Of a DNA stretch of 64,000 nucleotides, positions 1-13,957 are shown in pieces. Positions within the stretch are counted from its first letter, which is position 1; every line of letters begins with the position of its first letter. The translations under genes and the position numbers were made by a program. The notes under the pieces are model-generated. The model did no database searches. It was not told the DNA's origin and saw only the letters and a list, made by a program, of their open reading frames with translations. Source of the DNA: Eledone cirrhosa (lineage: Eukaryota); NCBI GenBank assembly GCA_964016885.1, contig OZ024746.1:19592001-19656000 (forward strand), in the 5' to 3' direction.

Positions 1-23
1 ACTTCATCCGCATTTTTTTTCGG

Positions 24-200
24 TCAGGTCAGTCTTCTGTCTGCTTCTGGTAACATGCAATCCATTACAACCTGCTTCATAGTCAAGTGGTCGGTGACTA
101 AACCGGCTCCTCCACTAGATTCTGGTCTTGTGAGAAGGGTAAGTGAAACCCCAGTAACGCAAAAAACAAGAGCTGTTAAAAGGCGGGGATAAAAATACAT
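24..200 (-). other. Short ORF with signal-peptide-like N-terminus (possible exon or pseudo-exon)
   Basis: MYFYPRLLTALVFCVTGVSL... (basic residue, hydrophobic core, small residues) in non-repetitive DNA. TGA at 24-26, frame open beyond it (PKKNADE). No family recognised. Confidence 0.2.
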
Positions 201-689
201 ATAATCTTTGAAAAATAACAAAGTTAAAGACTCTGAGATAGACACATATTTCATGCTGAATCTTATAAACAAAATAACGCGGCAGTTGTGATTTATACTT
301 CTCAGAATAAACGATCAGAATTGATATATGTGGATGGTCAGAAATCAAAGTATTTGTTAAAATATTTTGAATTACCTAACAGTTGAAACCTGAATGCTTG
401 TGTAACACAAACATTTGCCTCTAAAAAAACCAAAACAAGCAAATCATATGCTCTCTTATAATGGACCAGCGATACCCTATACACACTACCAGATACAGAA
501 CGCTTTGTTTATTATACAGTTACATTATATCATACACTATATGAAATAATCCATTCTGTTGTGTAAACATATTTTCATGCACAAGATTTATTACATGAGG
601 GGTAGAGAGAGAGAGTGAGAGAGAGAGAGGCTTATTGGTGAGGTATTGGTTGTAAACAAAATGTTTTTTTTTACATACAGTCTATATTG

Positions 690-1579
690 TGTTTGTGTGT
701 GTGAGTGCTTGCATGTGTGTGTGTGAGTACTTGCATGTGTGTGTGTGTGAGTGCTTGCATGTGTGTGTGTGAGTACTTGCATGTGTGTATGTGTGAGTGC
801 TTGCATGTGTGTGTGTGTGTGTGTGTGTGAGTGATTGTATGTGTGTGTGAGTGAGTGCTTGCATGTATCTTGGCTTGCGTGTGTATTCGTCGTCTAACGA
901 TGTAAGAAATAGAATGGTAAAGGAACTTTGTCTCTGATAGACAGAACTATAAAAGCTCTAGTTCTAATGGGTGGTGGGTGGGTGGTGGACTGGGGTGTGA
1001 GGTGGGATGGAATTTACTGAAGTTAACAACAGCTTTTCTCAAAGCTGAAATATTCTTCTTCATTGAAATTCTAGCGAAACGATATCTCACCAAATGTATC
1101 ATCGCCGTTCAATAAAGTGGTTTAAACATAGTGCAAACTAATTTATCTAATGTGTATGGTGTGTGTGTGGGTGGTGGGGTGGGATGTGGTGTGGTGGGGG
1201 ATGTGGGGTGAGGGGTGTGGTGGTGGTGGGAGGTGTGGTGGCGAGGTGTGGGGGTGGAGGTAATCTGCTGTGAGGGTTGGTGGTGGATGTGTGGGGTGGA
1301 AGGGGTGGGTGGAGTTGGTCTGGTGGTGGAGAGGTGTGGTGGTGGAGATGATGAGACAAATTGCAAATATGTTTAGTTGATTATTGACAGGTTTCTTTGC
1401 CAGAAAGTATCGTTATTTACTTTCTAGTCCAATCCATTTCAAGCAAGTTGACGACAGAGCAATTTGCAGCTCTTCATTGCAAATCCTAACAAAACTTTTT
1501 AGTATTTGTTTTAAAATAGCGTGTTTATATAGATGTATGTGTGTGTGTTTATGTAGATGTATGTGTGTGTTTATGTAGA

Positions 1580-1616
<37 letters not shown>

Positions 1617-1699
1617 GTGTGTGTGTTTATGTGGATGTGTGTGTGGATGTGTGTGTGTGAGTGTGTTTGTGTAGAGGTGCATGTGTGTGTGTGTTTGTG

Positions 1700-1744
<45 letters not shown>

Positions 1745-2643
1745 TTATGTGGATGTGCATGTGTGTGTCTGTGTTTATGTAGAGGTGAATGTGTGTGTGT
1801 TTGTGTAGATGTGTATGTGTGTGTGTGTTGATGTTGATGTGCCTGTGTGTGTGTGTGTTTATGTGGATGTGTGTGTGTTTGTGTTTATGTGGATATGGAT
1901 GTGTATATGTTTATGTGGATGTGCATGTGTGTTTATGTAGATGTGTGTATGTGTGTGTTTGTGTTGGTGTGTGTATATATGAGGATGTGCATGCCTGTGC
2001 GTGCGTGTGTGTGTGTTTTTGTGGCTGTGTATGTGTGTGTGAGTATGTGCGTGTGCGTGTGTGCGTGTATGTGTGTGTATGTGTGTGTGTATGCGTGTAT
2101 GTGTGTGTATGTGTGTATGTGTGTATGTATGTGTGTATGTGTGTATGTGTGTATGTGTGTATGTGTGTATGTATGTATGTATGTATGTGTGTATGTGTGT
2201 GTATGTGTGTATGTGTGTATGTGTGTATGTATGTGTGTATGTGTGTATGTGTGTGAGGTGGTGTAGATGGTAGGTGTTACGCAGGTTCCATTAAGTGAAT
2301 GTTGTTGAAATAATTTTCTCCAAAATGCTGTGTTGGTGTTGATGGCGTTGGCGATGTTATTGGCAATTATGGATGATGACGATGATGATGATGATGATGA
2401 TGATGAGGAGGAGGAGGAGGAGGGGGAGGAGGAGGAGGGAGACGATGATGATGACAATGGAGGTGATGATGATGATGATGATGCCGATGATGATGATGAT
2501 GATGACGATGCCAATGATGATGATGATGGTGACGATGATGATGATCATCATCATCATCACCACCATCATTTTAACCAAAGGTAATGACGATGGCGATGAT
2601 GATGGTGACGATTACAAGGTTGACGATGCCAATGACGTCCACA

Positions 2644-2734
<91 letters not shown>

Positions 2735-2740
2735 CGATTC
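690..2740. repeat. Compound microsatellite/low-complexity block: (TG)n, (TGTA)n, G/T-rich, (GAT)n/(GAC)n
   Basis: Directly visible simple repeats with short unique spacers; source of many spurious ORFs. Confidence 0.95.
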
Positions 2741-2902
2741 CTTATAGATTGCACACAAAGCCAGCTACAAAGGGAGGGAAGAAAACTCCTAGTAGGTTAT
2801 TTCATTGACCCCAGAAGAATGAACGACGAAGCTGACCCCAGCATGATTAGAACTCCTCATTGAAGGTAGAGGGGCTATGACACTAAATCTAGAACAATAA
2901 TA

Positions 2903-3388
2903 ATTGTTTCTACGTTAGGCACAAGGCCAGCAATTATCCCAGTGTATTACTGGTACTTTATTTTATTGACCCCCGTAAGGATGAAAGGCAAAGTTAACCT
3001 CGGCGGGATTTGAACTCAGACCATAAAGGGCCGTAACTCTTTGCTGCAAAGCATGGCGTCCAACCCTCTACCGATACTGCCAATCCACCGCCCTTTCAAG
3101 AACAATAATAATGGCTTCTGATTTAGGCACAAGGCCAACAATTTTGGGGCGAAGCGAAAGTCGATGAAATCGATCCCAGTGCATTACTGGTACTTATTTT
3201 ATCGACCCACGTAAGGATGAAAGGCAAAGAGCTAACTTCGGCGGGATTTGAACTCAGAACATAAAGGTACGTAACTATATGCCGTAAATAATTGTTTCTA
3301 CTTTTGGCACAAGGCCAGCAATTACCCCAGTACATTACTGGTACTTTATTCTATCGACCCCAGAAGGATGAAAGGCAAAGTTAACCTT
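2903..3388 (-). mobile_element. Three stacked copies of octopus tRNA-derived SINE (OK-like, Meta-type core)
   Basis: Minus strand: A box TGGCAGTATCGG, B box GAGTTCAAATC, core CTTTCATCCTTACGGGGTC(A/G)ATAAAATAAAGTACCAG, tail GGCCTTGTGCC; more than 20 copies in the window. Confidence 0.9.
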
Positions 3389-3692
3389 GTAAATAATATC
3401 AGCTTATTAAGTATGAAATGTCCGATTTCGAATTGAAAGTGCTAAGGAAATCGGACATCTTAAACTTAATAACCTAGTTAATAGTAACCGTAATAAATGG
3501 CGAGATCGACTTTACCTTTTATTCTTCTGGGATGGCTTGAATAAGTACTGGCCAAATACTGGGGGTTGATAAAACAAATACCAGTTATACACTGAGGTAG
3601 ATATGATAGATGGCTTCTTCCCACAAAGCGAATTCCTTAACCACACAGCCATAGCTTTTTGTCCCAGCAACAGATGAGACGCCAGTATATAC

Positions 3693-3726
<34 letters not shown>

Positions 3727-3985
3727 ACTCGCGCAAATGTTGCTATGCTAAATTCAAAGGTTAAGTGGACCTGTTTTTAACTAGAGCTCAATACATGTGA
3801 AAAGATGTGAAATCTCTAATTCACCAGCACAGTATACATATCAAATTATCTTTATTAATTATTAATGCTGTTGCATATAATCGTTTTAGTGTTGCACAAA
3901 ATGGCGTGTTTGTATCAACTTGCATCAGTGACATGGTTTCAATCTTAGTTTTGTGCAATTAATATATGACTATATAGCTAGAAAA

Positions 3986-4113
<128 letters not shown>

Positions 4114-4233
4114 ATTAATGCAAATAGTGTTAACTGGTTCAGTGAAGACATAATACTGAGCGGCTATAAATAGACAGCTAAAGATGGGTATTTGACAAGC
4201 GGACAGATAAATAGATGGCTAGAAACAGATAAC

Positions 4234-4560
4234 ATGGGTCGCGACATACTGTGACATATTCTCCGCCTCCAGCTTAAGTTGCCTCGGCCACAAACTCCGG
4301 TACCGCGGCCCGCAATGCAGAGGACAGGAAGGCAAGCAAATACGCAAATACCGGGGCTTGTCTTTGCACCGGTCGCCGTCGAGACCTCAGGCATTCTCGG
4401 ACTCTGGACAGCTGACCTCCTCCATAAAATCGGATCGATAGCAGCCCGTCTGAGGAAGGAGCCCTCGTGAGGTGGGTTAGCTTGTTGCAGTGGATGTCGC
4501 TGGCCATTGTCCGCGGAAATGCCTCTGTGATTTTGTCCGTGGGACGCAGCCGAAACACTG
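4234..4560 (+). mobile_element. CRE-clade non-LTR retrotransposon remnant, C-terminal restriction-like endonuclease
   Basis: Frameshifted translation WVATYCDIFSAS / ASATNSGTAARNAEDRKASKYA / LVFAPVAVETSGILG..LLHKIG / LQWMSLAIVRGNASVIL matches the CRE RLE pattern WDxT..D..AE..K..KY..F.PVAVETxG..QRISLAIQRGNA. Confidence 0.8.
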
Positions 4561-6199
4561 CTCTGACCTAGGTGCAGAATCTGTCACTCACTCCCTTTTC
4601 CACTTTCTTTCTTCCTTTGCCTAATAATTCTTGCTCCCCTACCACCTTTTCCTCTCATTTATGGCATTTATAGTTCTTTCCAATACTACTTTCTATTTCT
4701 GTATGTTTGACCAATTTATAGTTATATCAACAACAAAAGTAATGAATAAAAGAATAAATAGAAGCTAGAGAAAACATCCTACATACATATCACATACATT
4801 ACTAATTACAAGACTACTGTCTGTCATAATCCTTAAATTTCATAACACAAAATCCTTCCATTATTTAACTTCCGGGATGAAGATTCATAATTATTTTAAA
4901 ACCCCTATCCCAGACACCTACCTTACATAAGTCATCGTCCGTTTTCTCGTTTGTATTATGACTTGGTAAAGAACTTGTCAGAAATAAGATTTCAATTGTG
5001 CAGGAAATGTTTGCCATCTTGTGACTAAATAAACACCTTAAGAGAATTTCCCCCAAAATGAAAACAACTGAAGCAAGCGAAAAATACGGTGGAAGGAAAT
5101 CAATTAGAAATCTCTGAATGGTTACATCCGCTTGTGAGCGTTAGTTATATCATTCAGTAATGAGAGAGATTTGACTGAAAGAAAATACTGTTGTCTGGTT
5201 TTGTGTAAAATTATAAAAATGGCTGATCCTCTTCCAAGAGGAGGTTCCTTTTCCAGAACAATGGTGTTGACATGAAAATAATCAATATGGAACTCACTAA
5301 ATAATTATTCGAAAAGATAAAAAAAAAAGAAACAGCAAAAAATAGAAAGAAAAAATGAAGAAAATAAAAAAATAAAGATGTCTTCCCGTCACACACACTT
5401 TCTTCTTCTTCTTCTTCTTCTTCTTCTTCTTCTTCTTCTTCTTCTTCTTCTAACCGTAGAAGGAACCACCCTTACAGGATAGCTCGACCTGCTAGAAGTG
5501 ACAGCTAATTTTTTTTTTCAAATCACACCCTACTTTTTGTTTTTAAACGACGGAAAGACATTAGTTAATGTTGTCCCTCATATCCCCAAATACTGGATAG
5601 TCATGGCTAGAATTTCTTTAAACATTGTAAAGTTTACTTGATTATCATAATTATTCCGTCAACCTTCGTAAAAATACAGAAAGATTTTCTTTTTAAATTA
5701 TATCCAAACAAAGCAGTTAAATTCTTATTTCACAGAAGAGGTTTCATTTTTCAGAAGTATTCTTTCCTTCGTTGTAAGGGAGTTGAGAGTGGTCGGGTGT
5801 TCTTCCAATATTTGTATTATCCAATTTCATTTACACAATTGAAAGAAAGTAATATAAGCGAGCGGTGGAAATCCGAGTTTGTGGAGTGGTCTTGATTTCC
5901 ACAAGAGCCATTTCACTCGACTCTTGTATCTTTAATCCCAATGTCCTCTTATCGTTCCTTCAGCTGAGACTTGAAACAAAACTCAGTGTTCAGTAATGTG
6001 AGAGTGTTTCATTTTTTAAGGCAAGAAAAACATGGTTAAATCAGAGAGAAAGAGAATGATTTAGAAGTATTTGTTTTTTAATCATAGGCGGCGATTTGAC
6101 AGAGTCGTTAGAACGTCGGATAGAATGCTTTGGTATTTGTTCCGGCTCTCTGACCTCTAAGTTTAAATCTCGCCGAAGATCATATGATGAAAAAATCCC

Positions 6200-6551
6200 A
6201 TGGTATGGTATGGTATGAATCCGTAACTCCTGGTGGAGTCATAGGGGGGTGCCGTAGTGTCATATGGCGTTTCTTGAGCTTTTTATTTTAACTTGGTGGA
6301 ACCCATCTCCTCTCCAGGTCTGAACACATCAGATTTCTTCTAAAAAAGGATAGAAAGTGAGAAAGAGGATTGAGAAAGAGATATAGAGGAAGAATCGACC
6401 CCAGTACTAGACTGGTACTTTTTTTATCGACCTCGAAAGCATGAAAGGCAAAGTTAACATCGGTGGGATTTTAACTCAGAGAGCAAAGAGCCAAAACGAA
6501 TACCACAAAGCTCTTTTTCTGACGTTCTAATGACTACCAATTTGCTGCCTT
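6200..6551 (-). mobile_element. Long-tailed subfamily of tRNA-derived SINE
   Basis: Same head/core plus tail TTCAGACCTGGAGAGGAGATGGG...CCATACCATACC; homologous to 36960-37310 and 59177-59455. Confidence 0.8.
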
Positions 6552-7403
6552 AGAACCTTTTTACCAAGCTCTTAATCCCAATATTAATTTCATTTCATTA
6601 CGTCTTGTTGTCTACTTCTTAATAGAAGTGAAGTAAAATGGTTTAAAGCAGCAATTGAAACCACGCTGCGATGCAGGATTAGCGGGTGTTTACCTCGTGC
6701 TCTGTGAATTTTATTTACTACTTGTGATCACTGAAGGTAAGTCTGTTTAAAACAACAAAAGAGGTGTCATTTTTACGTTTCTCTCTTGCTTGTAATCTAA
6801 AAATAACTAAGCACAAGATCTGACAAAGCGAAAATCCAACATCTAAAATTTTCGAAAAGGTTGAAAAATGAAACAACAACAGCAACAGCTGACACTTATA
6901 GAAATTTATAAATTTAAACAACAATAGTCAACTCTATTGCTTTGTTTCGTCTATGAAAACTTAATCGTTATTGAAAAGCCCCCGAAAAGATACTACTTCA
7001 CTTACGCAACTATTAGTACAATATTATAAAAGGTACGTTGAGAAAGAGTGGGAAGTTTAAAGTAAACAACACTTGAGCGTAGAGTTAAACAACATCACTA
7101 ATAATGATGTTGGCAAACTTTCAAACAAAAACAAAAAAATATGAAACAAAAACTGAAAGAAAAGCACAAAGCAACAAGTAGTAATGTAATGTAAAACAGG
7201 TGTTAGTTATCTCCCTTTGCCACTGATTAATTAGAACTAAGGCCATTAAAGCTTAATTGCATTCAAGCCACTAATGAAACGTCTTCTAATGTTGACATGT
7301 ACTTGAGACTAGATTAGTTACAATATTTTATAAATTAGCCAAATAGACTCTATTTTTATCATAAATTGTGTTGCAAGCCTCAAGCCTCCAGTTATTTAGA
7401 AAA

Positions 7404-7449
<46 letters not shown>

Positions 7450-7471
<22 letters not shown>

Positions 7472-7941
7472 AAAATGCAAAAGTTTTATTTAAAATTGTT
7501 GGGTTACAACGAGTAAATATTTTATAACTGATATAAAGCACTCAACAAGTTTTGGAGTAGATTTACGATATTAACAAATGGAAACTATATTTATAAAACC
7601 ATATCTATTTCATTATACATATTTCAGGGATACCATATTAAAAATATGGCATGCCTTCTTCAGATAAAATACAATATATAAGCAGTTTTATAAATAAAGT
7701 TGACGTACCATAGAATTTTGAACAACTTCCATTTAAAAAAAACTACCAAAAGACTACCAAACCAACTTTTTTAAATGGAAGTTGTTCAAAATTCTATGGT
7801 ACGTCAAATTTATTTATAAAACTGCTTATATATTGTATTTTATCTGAAGAAGGCATGCCATATTTTTAATATGGTATCCCTGAAATATGTATAATGAAAT
7901 AGATATGGTTTTATAAATATAGTTTCCATTTGTTTAATATC

Positions 7942-7943
<2 letters not shown>
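7450..7943. mobile_element. HHR-bearing non-autonomous element (family B, Penelope pLTR-like) with ~175-bp fold-back
   Basis: Inverted arms 7565-7740 / 7767-7943, (TA)n flanks; homologous to 40090-40534, 22866-23090, 30030-30250. Confidence 0.8.
7836..7901 (+). ncRNA. Type-I hammerhead ribozyme motif (mirror copy on minus at 7606-7671)
   Basis: TATTTTAT-CTGAAGA-[AGG.ATGCCATATT/AATATGGTAT.CCT]-GAAA-TATGTA-TA-ATGAAATA; stems I and II pair, stem III near-palindromic. Confidence 0.7.
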
Positions 7944-7981
<38 letters not shown>

Positions 7982-8506
7982 TCACACACACACAAAGAAG
8001 ATACGTCGCTGATCTCTCGGTCTTTTACGGAGCGCTGAGGTGATAAAGTTAATATAAAGAATTATGTGTTCATGCGCAAAGATGCTATAAAATAGCTTAT
8101 AAAATAGAGTGAAGACCCTTAAAAGATGGAAAGCGAATTTGGAGGTCGTTTTCGTTATCTTCTTTGTTGTTTATCTCTCAACTGGCTTGGTAGAATCGTT
8201 AATACCTTGCGGTGTTTGTGCCGATTCTTTGCGTTCTATGCCAACTTTACGTTCTAAGAGAATGTTTATCCCTCCGGAGTCGATAAAAGATATATTGGTT
8301 ATGTATTGAGTCAACTTAATCGATTAATCGACTAATTTCTGGTTTTGTATCTATAGTGGAAAGAATTGTTATTATCTAAATTATCGATGAAGAAGATGAT
8401 GATGATGATGATGAGGAGGGGGTAAAGGTGGAGGAGCTGGATGATGATGGTGGTGGTGGTGGTGGTGGTAGAAGTGATGATGTATGATAAGGACGATGAC
8501 GACGAC

Positions 8507-8572
<66 letters not shown>

Positions 8573-8595
8573 GCTATGACGACGATCATAATGAT

Positions 8596-8731
8596 AATTG
8601 TTTCTACTTTTGGCAATTACCCAGTACATTACTGGTACTTTATTTTATCAACCCCGTAAGGATGAAAGGCAAAGCTAACCTCGGCGGGATTTTAAGAAGA
8701 AGAAGAAAAAGAAGAAGAAGAAGAAGAAGAA

Positions 8732-8764
<33 letters not shown>

Positions 8765-9463
8765 TATAGCAATGATGATAACTATGATGAAGGTCTGGTC
8801 ATAATAATAGTTTCTTATATAGGCACAAGGCCAGCAATTTTGGGGGATGGGAAAGTCGATTAAATCGACCCCAGTGCGTTACTGGTACTTTATTTTCTGT
8901 AAGGATGAAAGGCAAAGCGAACCTTGGTGAGATTTGAACTCAGAACGTAAAGGGCTGTAACTAAATACTGCAAAGCATATTTTCTGACGCTCTACTGATA
9001 CTGCCAACAATGGTTTCTTATATAGGCACAAGGCCATCGATTTTGAGGGAGGGGAAAGTCGATTAAATTGACCCCAGTGCGTAACTGGTACTTTATTTTA
9101 TCGACCCAGTAAGGATGAAATGCAAAGTTAACCTCGGCGGATTTGAACTCAGATCATAAAGGGCCGTAACTCTATGCTGCAAAGCATGGCGTCTGACCCT
9201 CTACCGATACTGCTAATCCACCGCCCTAAACCAGACTGTAATAATAACAATAATAATGATAATTTTCCACTTAATATTAATTGTTTCTACGTTAGGCACA
9301 AAGCCAGCAAATACCCAGTGCATTACTGGTACTTTATTTTATCGACCCAGTAAGGATGAAAGGCAATGTTAACCTCGGCGGGATTTGAACTCAGAATGGC
9401 AAGGGCGGTAACTCTATGCGTCAAAGCATGGCGTCCGACCCTCTACCGATACTGCCAATCCAC
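8596..9463 (-). mobile_element. Cluster of four OK-like SINE copies
   Basis: Repeated GGCACAAGGCCAGCAAT...GGATGAAAGGCAAAG...GATTTGAACTCAG...CCAATCCAC. Confidence 0.9.
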
Positions 9464-9755
9464 AATATTAATACATGCTATACTTTTAAGCAGGTTTTAA
9501 ATTCTTTAAAGACAACACATGTGGAACAACTCGTTATCTTTGCAGCCTTTCTTTAACGCTTCAACAGGATCTAATATGTTACTTAATTAATCGGTATTTT
9601 TCTTCCAATAACTTATTTCAATTAGTTAGATAACCTATTTGGCACCGAGCCCTCAAATCTAAATACAGCATTAAAACACACACATGCTTTCACAGATCAC
9701 CACATATACACTCACATACGAACACAAAACACACACGCACGCACACACACACACG

Positions 9756-9837
<82 letters not shown>

Positions 9838-10777
9838 TACACACACACACATATATATATATATACACACTCACATATACACATCCATATATACACACAT
9901 ATATACATTCATTTATACACATACAAATACATATATATACACATAAACACATATACATATATACACATACATATACACGCATACATACACATATATACAT
10001 ATATACATGACCAAAAGACGATTGTTTCTCTTCAAGGTAATACGCTTTGGAACAATTATTGGCTACGGGTTGAGACCGCAGATAAAATGCATTGCAGTAT
10101 TCATTCCAGCTCTCTGCACTTTAAGTTCAAATCCTACCAAGTTCAACTTTACCTCACATCCTTTCGAGGTCGATACCATTCCTGAACTGAAGTAGATTCC
10201 ATATGTTTATTACTTCTCTTTCTCTTACTTTCTCCCGAAAAGAAATCGGATCTGTTCAAACCTAGAGCTGGATGGTGCTTCACCAGACTTTAAAATGTCC
10301 GGGATACGTTTTATATCGGCGCCCCTTTGACTCTATCAGAAGTTCAAGGACCATTGCTGGATGAATGGATGGGTTTACAGCAGTACTAAGTCGGTACGCT
10401 TTTCAATTTCCATTGGAGCATTACTAGAATCAGTATGTTCACTTATTAAAGTCGTATCAAATATCCTGATATTATCATCATTCGATTTGAAGGAAAAAAT
10501 CTGTCCCTGTTACATGATAAGGAGACTAGCACTTTTATACTGCAATGAAACTAGAATGAATTACACTGTAGATTATATACCACTTAATTGGGACAGAGAG
10601 GGTGGAAATATCAACAAAAACTATCAAATGTCAATCAGGATTAACTTTGTTGTTAGTCTTAGTTCACAAAATTACATTTGCCTTACCATCTGTTTTCCCT
10701 TTACATTTTAAATTCTTAAATTTACTTCATCATCAGAGTCATCGCCGTCGCTGTAACTATATATATATATAAATATA

Positions 10778-10985
10778 ATTTAGCGAGAATCGCATTTCGG
10801 CGGGTAGAAATTAGCGAAACGCAACTTCCATATTGTGCTGACAAGCGCTCGATGGAACTGAAGAAGATACCAGAGCTATAAACATAAGTTAAAAAGGTCA
10901 TACACGCTGAGACGATGGGTAAGAAGCCATTAACCACCATAGCCAAAAAAGCGAACAAGCTAAAACGGGTCAAACAAAATGAGAT
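10778..10985. repeat. Diverged ~190-bp dispersed repeat between (TA)n tracts
   Basis: Colinear with 50000-50187 (TTAGCGAGAATCG..ATTTC; CAAGCGCTCGAT; CGGGTCAAACA). Confidence 0.6.
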
Positions 10986-11024
10986 ATAATTGAAATATGA
11001 TTGAAATATATATATATATACGCG

Positions 11025-11230
11025 TATATTTAATATAGAAAGGCCTCTACAGGACTAGAACTGTTTCATTCCGGAGAAATCATCAGGAAGCCGCTTCCTG
11101 ATGATTTCTCCAGAATTAAACTGTTCTAGTCGTGTAGAAGCCTTTCTATATTAAATATTTATACTCTACTTTGTATTGAATACCTTACTTACTGTGGTTA
11201 CCCCCGATTGAACCCGGGATAAACTTATAT
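11025..11230. mobile_element. HHR family A element with back-to-back ribozyme palindrome (centre 11092)
   Basis: Minus HHR 11043-11091: GCTTC-CTGATGA-TTTC.TCCG.GAAT-GAAACAG.TTCTAGTC.CTGT-A-GAGGC; degenerate plus copy 11093-11141; shared 3' body ...GGTTACC...AACCCGG. Confidence 0.8.
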
Positions 11231-11240
11231 ATACGTATAT

Positions 11241-11460
11241 ATCTATACTAATAAAGCTCTCGTAACGATGTAACAAACTTTTCGCCAAACGGCTGAACCG
11301 AACGGCACCAAATTTGCACCATAGATGTAACTTTTTCCAAGTAAGAAAGTGTGGGTATTTTTGTCTACTGAAGTTTGTTAAAAGATTAAAGATATTATTT
11401 AAATATTCACTGCTTTAAAATTTTCAAATGTCCACACTTCCGGTTATACGACATTCCTCT
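11241..11460 (+). mobile_element. Possible non-autonomous Helitron-like 5' end
   Basis: ATCTATACTAATAAAG start followed by AAACGGCTGAACCGAA...AAATTTG, as in invertebrate non-autonomous Helitrons; 3' end not identified. Confidence 0.4.
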
Positions 11461-11604
11461 CTCTTTCTTAGTCTGTCTTTTGGGACTGCGAAGGGTATTT
11501 TGACGTTACGTTTTCTAACACTTTAAATTCTTCAGCAAACTCCCTTTTCATTTCAACACACTCACATACATGAGCGTGCGCAACAACAGGGACTAATTTG
11601 TACA

Positions 11605-11670
<66 letters not shown>

Positions 11671-11765
11671 AGATGTCAACATGAATGGACCTATTATTTT
11701 TATCTAAAGACATTTTTCCCATTCCATCCCGCCCGTCCCCTTAATCTGTTTTATTTCTCATTCTT

Positions 11766-11801
11766 TCTTCTGATGAAGGACTAGCGTCCGAAACGTTAAG
11801 A
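11766..11801 (+). ncRNA. Minimal hammerhead motif (family D)
   Basis: TCTT-CTGATGA-A-GGAC.TAGC.GTCC-GAAACGTT-AAGA; degenerate relatives at 51884-51919 and ~48358-48386. Confidence 0.6.
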
Positions 11802-11899
11802 CCCTCTTCCTGCTATATCAAGCGTTAACCTAATATATATACCTTCCATATACTGTACCGATTGTGTTGTTATTTCTGTTTACCTTTTACATACGCACG

Positions 11900-12039
<140 letters not shown>

Positions 12040-13763
12040 TATATACATACATACATACATACATACATACATACATACATACATACATACACACATACAT
12101 ACATACATGCATTACATACATACATGCATACATACATACATACATACATACACACATACATACATGCATTACATACATACATACATGCATACATACATAC
12201 ATACATACATACATGAAACTGTGGAATTAGATCCATCTCTAGAGATTTGTGTGAAGTTTTAATGTCTTCTTAGAGTATTTTCAGCTTCTGTTTCTCCTGT
12301 TTTTCTCCTTTAGTCATTTCACTGTTTGTTTTAATAGTATTAATATTATTAGTATTACAATTATTATTATCATTGTTGTTGTTGTTATTGTTGTTATGCT
12401 CGTTATTCACTGGAATAATTGAATTTCTTTTCGACGGGGGTCACGATTGCATTTAATAAACTTGCTGTTTTGGGAAGGAGTGCTTCTTTACTGTACTTCC
12501 TCACGCAAGCAACAACTTATCGCTAATAATCTATGGAAGGTAGAAACACGCCAAGTTCTACCAGAAGAACTAAAGAACTGTATTTAGCAGACTTGCTGTT
12601 TAGGGTTGGAGTGCTTTCTATACAGTATTTCCTTACGCAAGCAACAACTTATCGCTAATAATCTATGGAAGGTAGAAACACGAGAGAAGGTTTGAATTTC
12701 TTCTACCTACCACCGTAGTACCAATACCAAAACACCAAAGCAACCAATCATAACTCAAGTTTCCGTCCTTACCAAAAGTATCCAGTATACGGCGCATAAC
12801 GGTAGCATCAAGGGTCATGTGATTTAAATGTTGCATATCACGTATCATGTAACTTTGTATTGGAAAGGACTCTTACAATGGCCGATCATGGAGCTCCACT
12901 CGAGGCCCTAACATTTGATAATCGCTTTCCTTGCGTACATAAGCCATACTTTTCGATTTTTGTTTTCAAAATTGAATTTTACGAGGTAACACATTTCAGT
13001 TGAAATGTCCTTAATATGTTTTATGTTTTCGCTTAGCACGCCATACGTACCTGTATTACTGTTCTTGTTGCTGCTAATTAAATTGTTTTATGTATATTGT
13101 GAGACTCCAAATATATAAGTACGACCTCCCCGAAACTACTTTCATATCTGAGGCGGTTATTCATTCTCGACAACATCCAAAAGAAAGCTAACCGACTGAT
13201 TGTGTTAGGGTAAGTTTTGGTCTTTTATACTAGCTTTCTAATATATAGATTTACGTACTTCTATTTCCTGGAACGCAGGTTAATTGAAAATCTTCCATAA
13301 GCCATATTCTTCGTATTTCATTTGTTGAAACGTACGTATGACTGATAAGAATGTCTTAGATTCCTTCTGAATTCCTGGATTTATTACCTAGATGATAATA
13401 CTTATGTAATATCCTGGATTTGTTACCCAATTGTTTACAGTCGGATGAATTCTTTCGTTTTAAAATACAATTAAGCTAGAAAATTCTTGGCATAACTTTA
13501 TCTCTTTGATCTTTCAAACAGCTACAATTTATATATATATGTATATAAACCAAAAGCGAAGTTTAGTGCTTAATTAGTTCATTATTTTACGACTGTTGCA
13601 GATGGTAGATTGATTATGATAAATCGATAGAGTGACTAATCGATAATAGTTAAGCAACTCCATATTATTATTAGTCTCGATACTATAGATCCATCTCACC
13701 GTATTCGTCAGGAAGTGTGTGTGTGTGTGTGTATGTGTGTGTGTGTGTATATATATAGTTTGT

Positions 13764-13930
13764 AAAGCGTCGTTTAGCTCAATGGTTAGAGCCGTCAGCT
13801 AGTATCTAAAAGATACGAAGTTTAATTCATCGCAGCGACCTCTTTTTCCGTTCATAGGAGTATTTTACCCAATTTTCTAAGCTATTATTTATAGCAACCG
13901 ACTGTATTTACAGCTATTTCTACAGTTGAG
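13764..13930 (+). mobile_element. tRNA-derived SINE/pseudogene of a different family
   Basis: TAGCTCAATGGTTAGAGC A box and degenerate B box; body related to the minus strand of ~8080-8150. Confidence 0.55.
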
Positions 13931-13957
13931 TTTCTTACATTTTCTACACATACATAA

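Noticed and set aside
4865-5056. Minus-strand exon with a GTAGGT donor (also ORF 57003-57272)
   Set aside because: No recognisable protein similarity or paired splice sites.
12459-12682. ~92-bp direct duplication as LTR pair
   Set aside because: Copies are nearly adjacent, with no TG..CA ends, PBS or PPT; a local tandem duplication.
13764-13845. Functional tRNA gene
   Set aside because: B box and cloverleaf are degenerate and it continues into a repeat body; a SINE or pseudogene.
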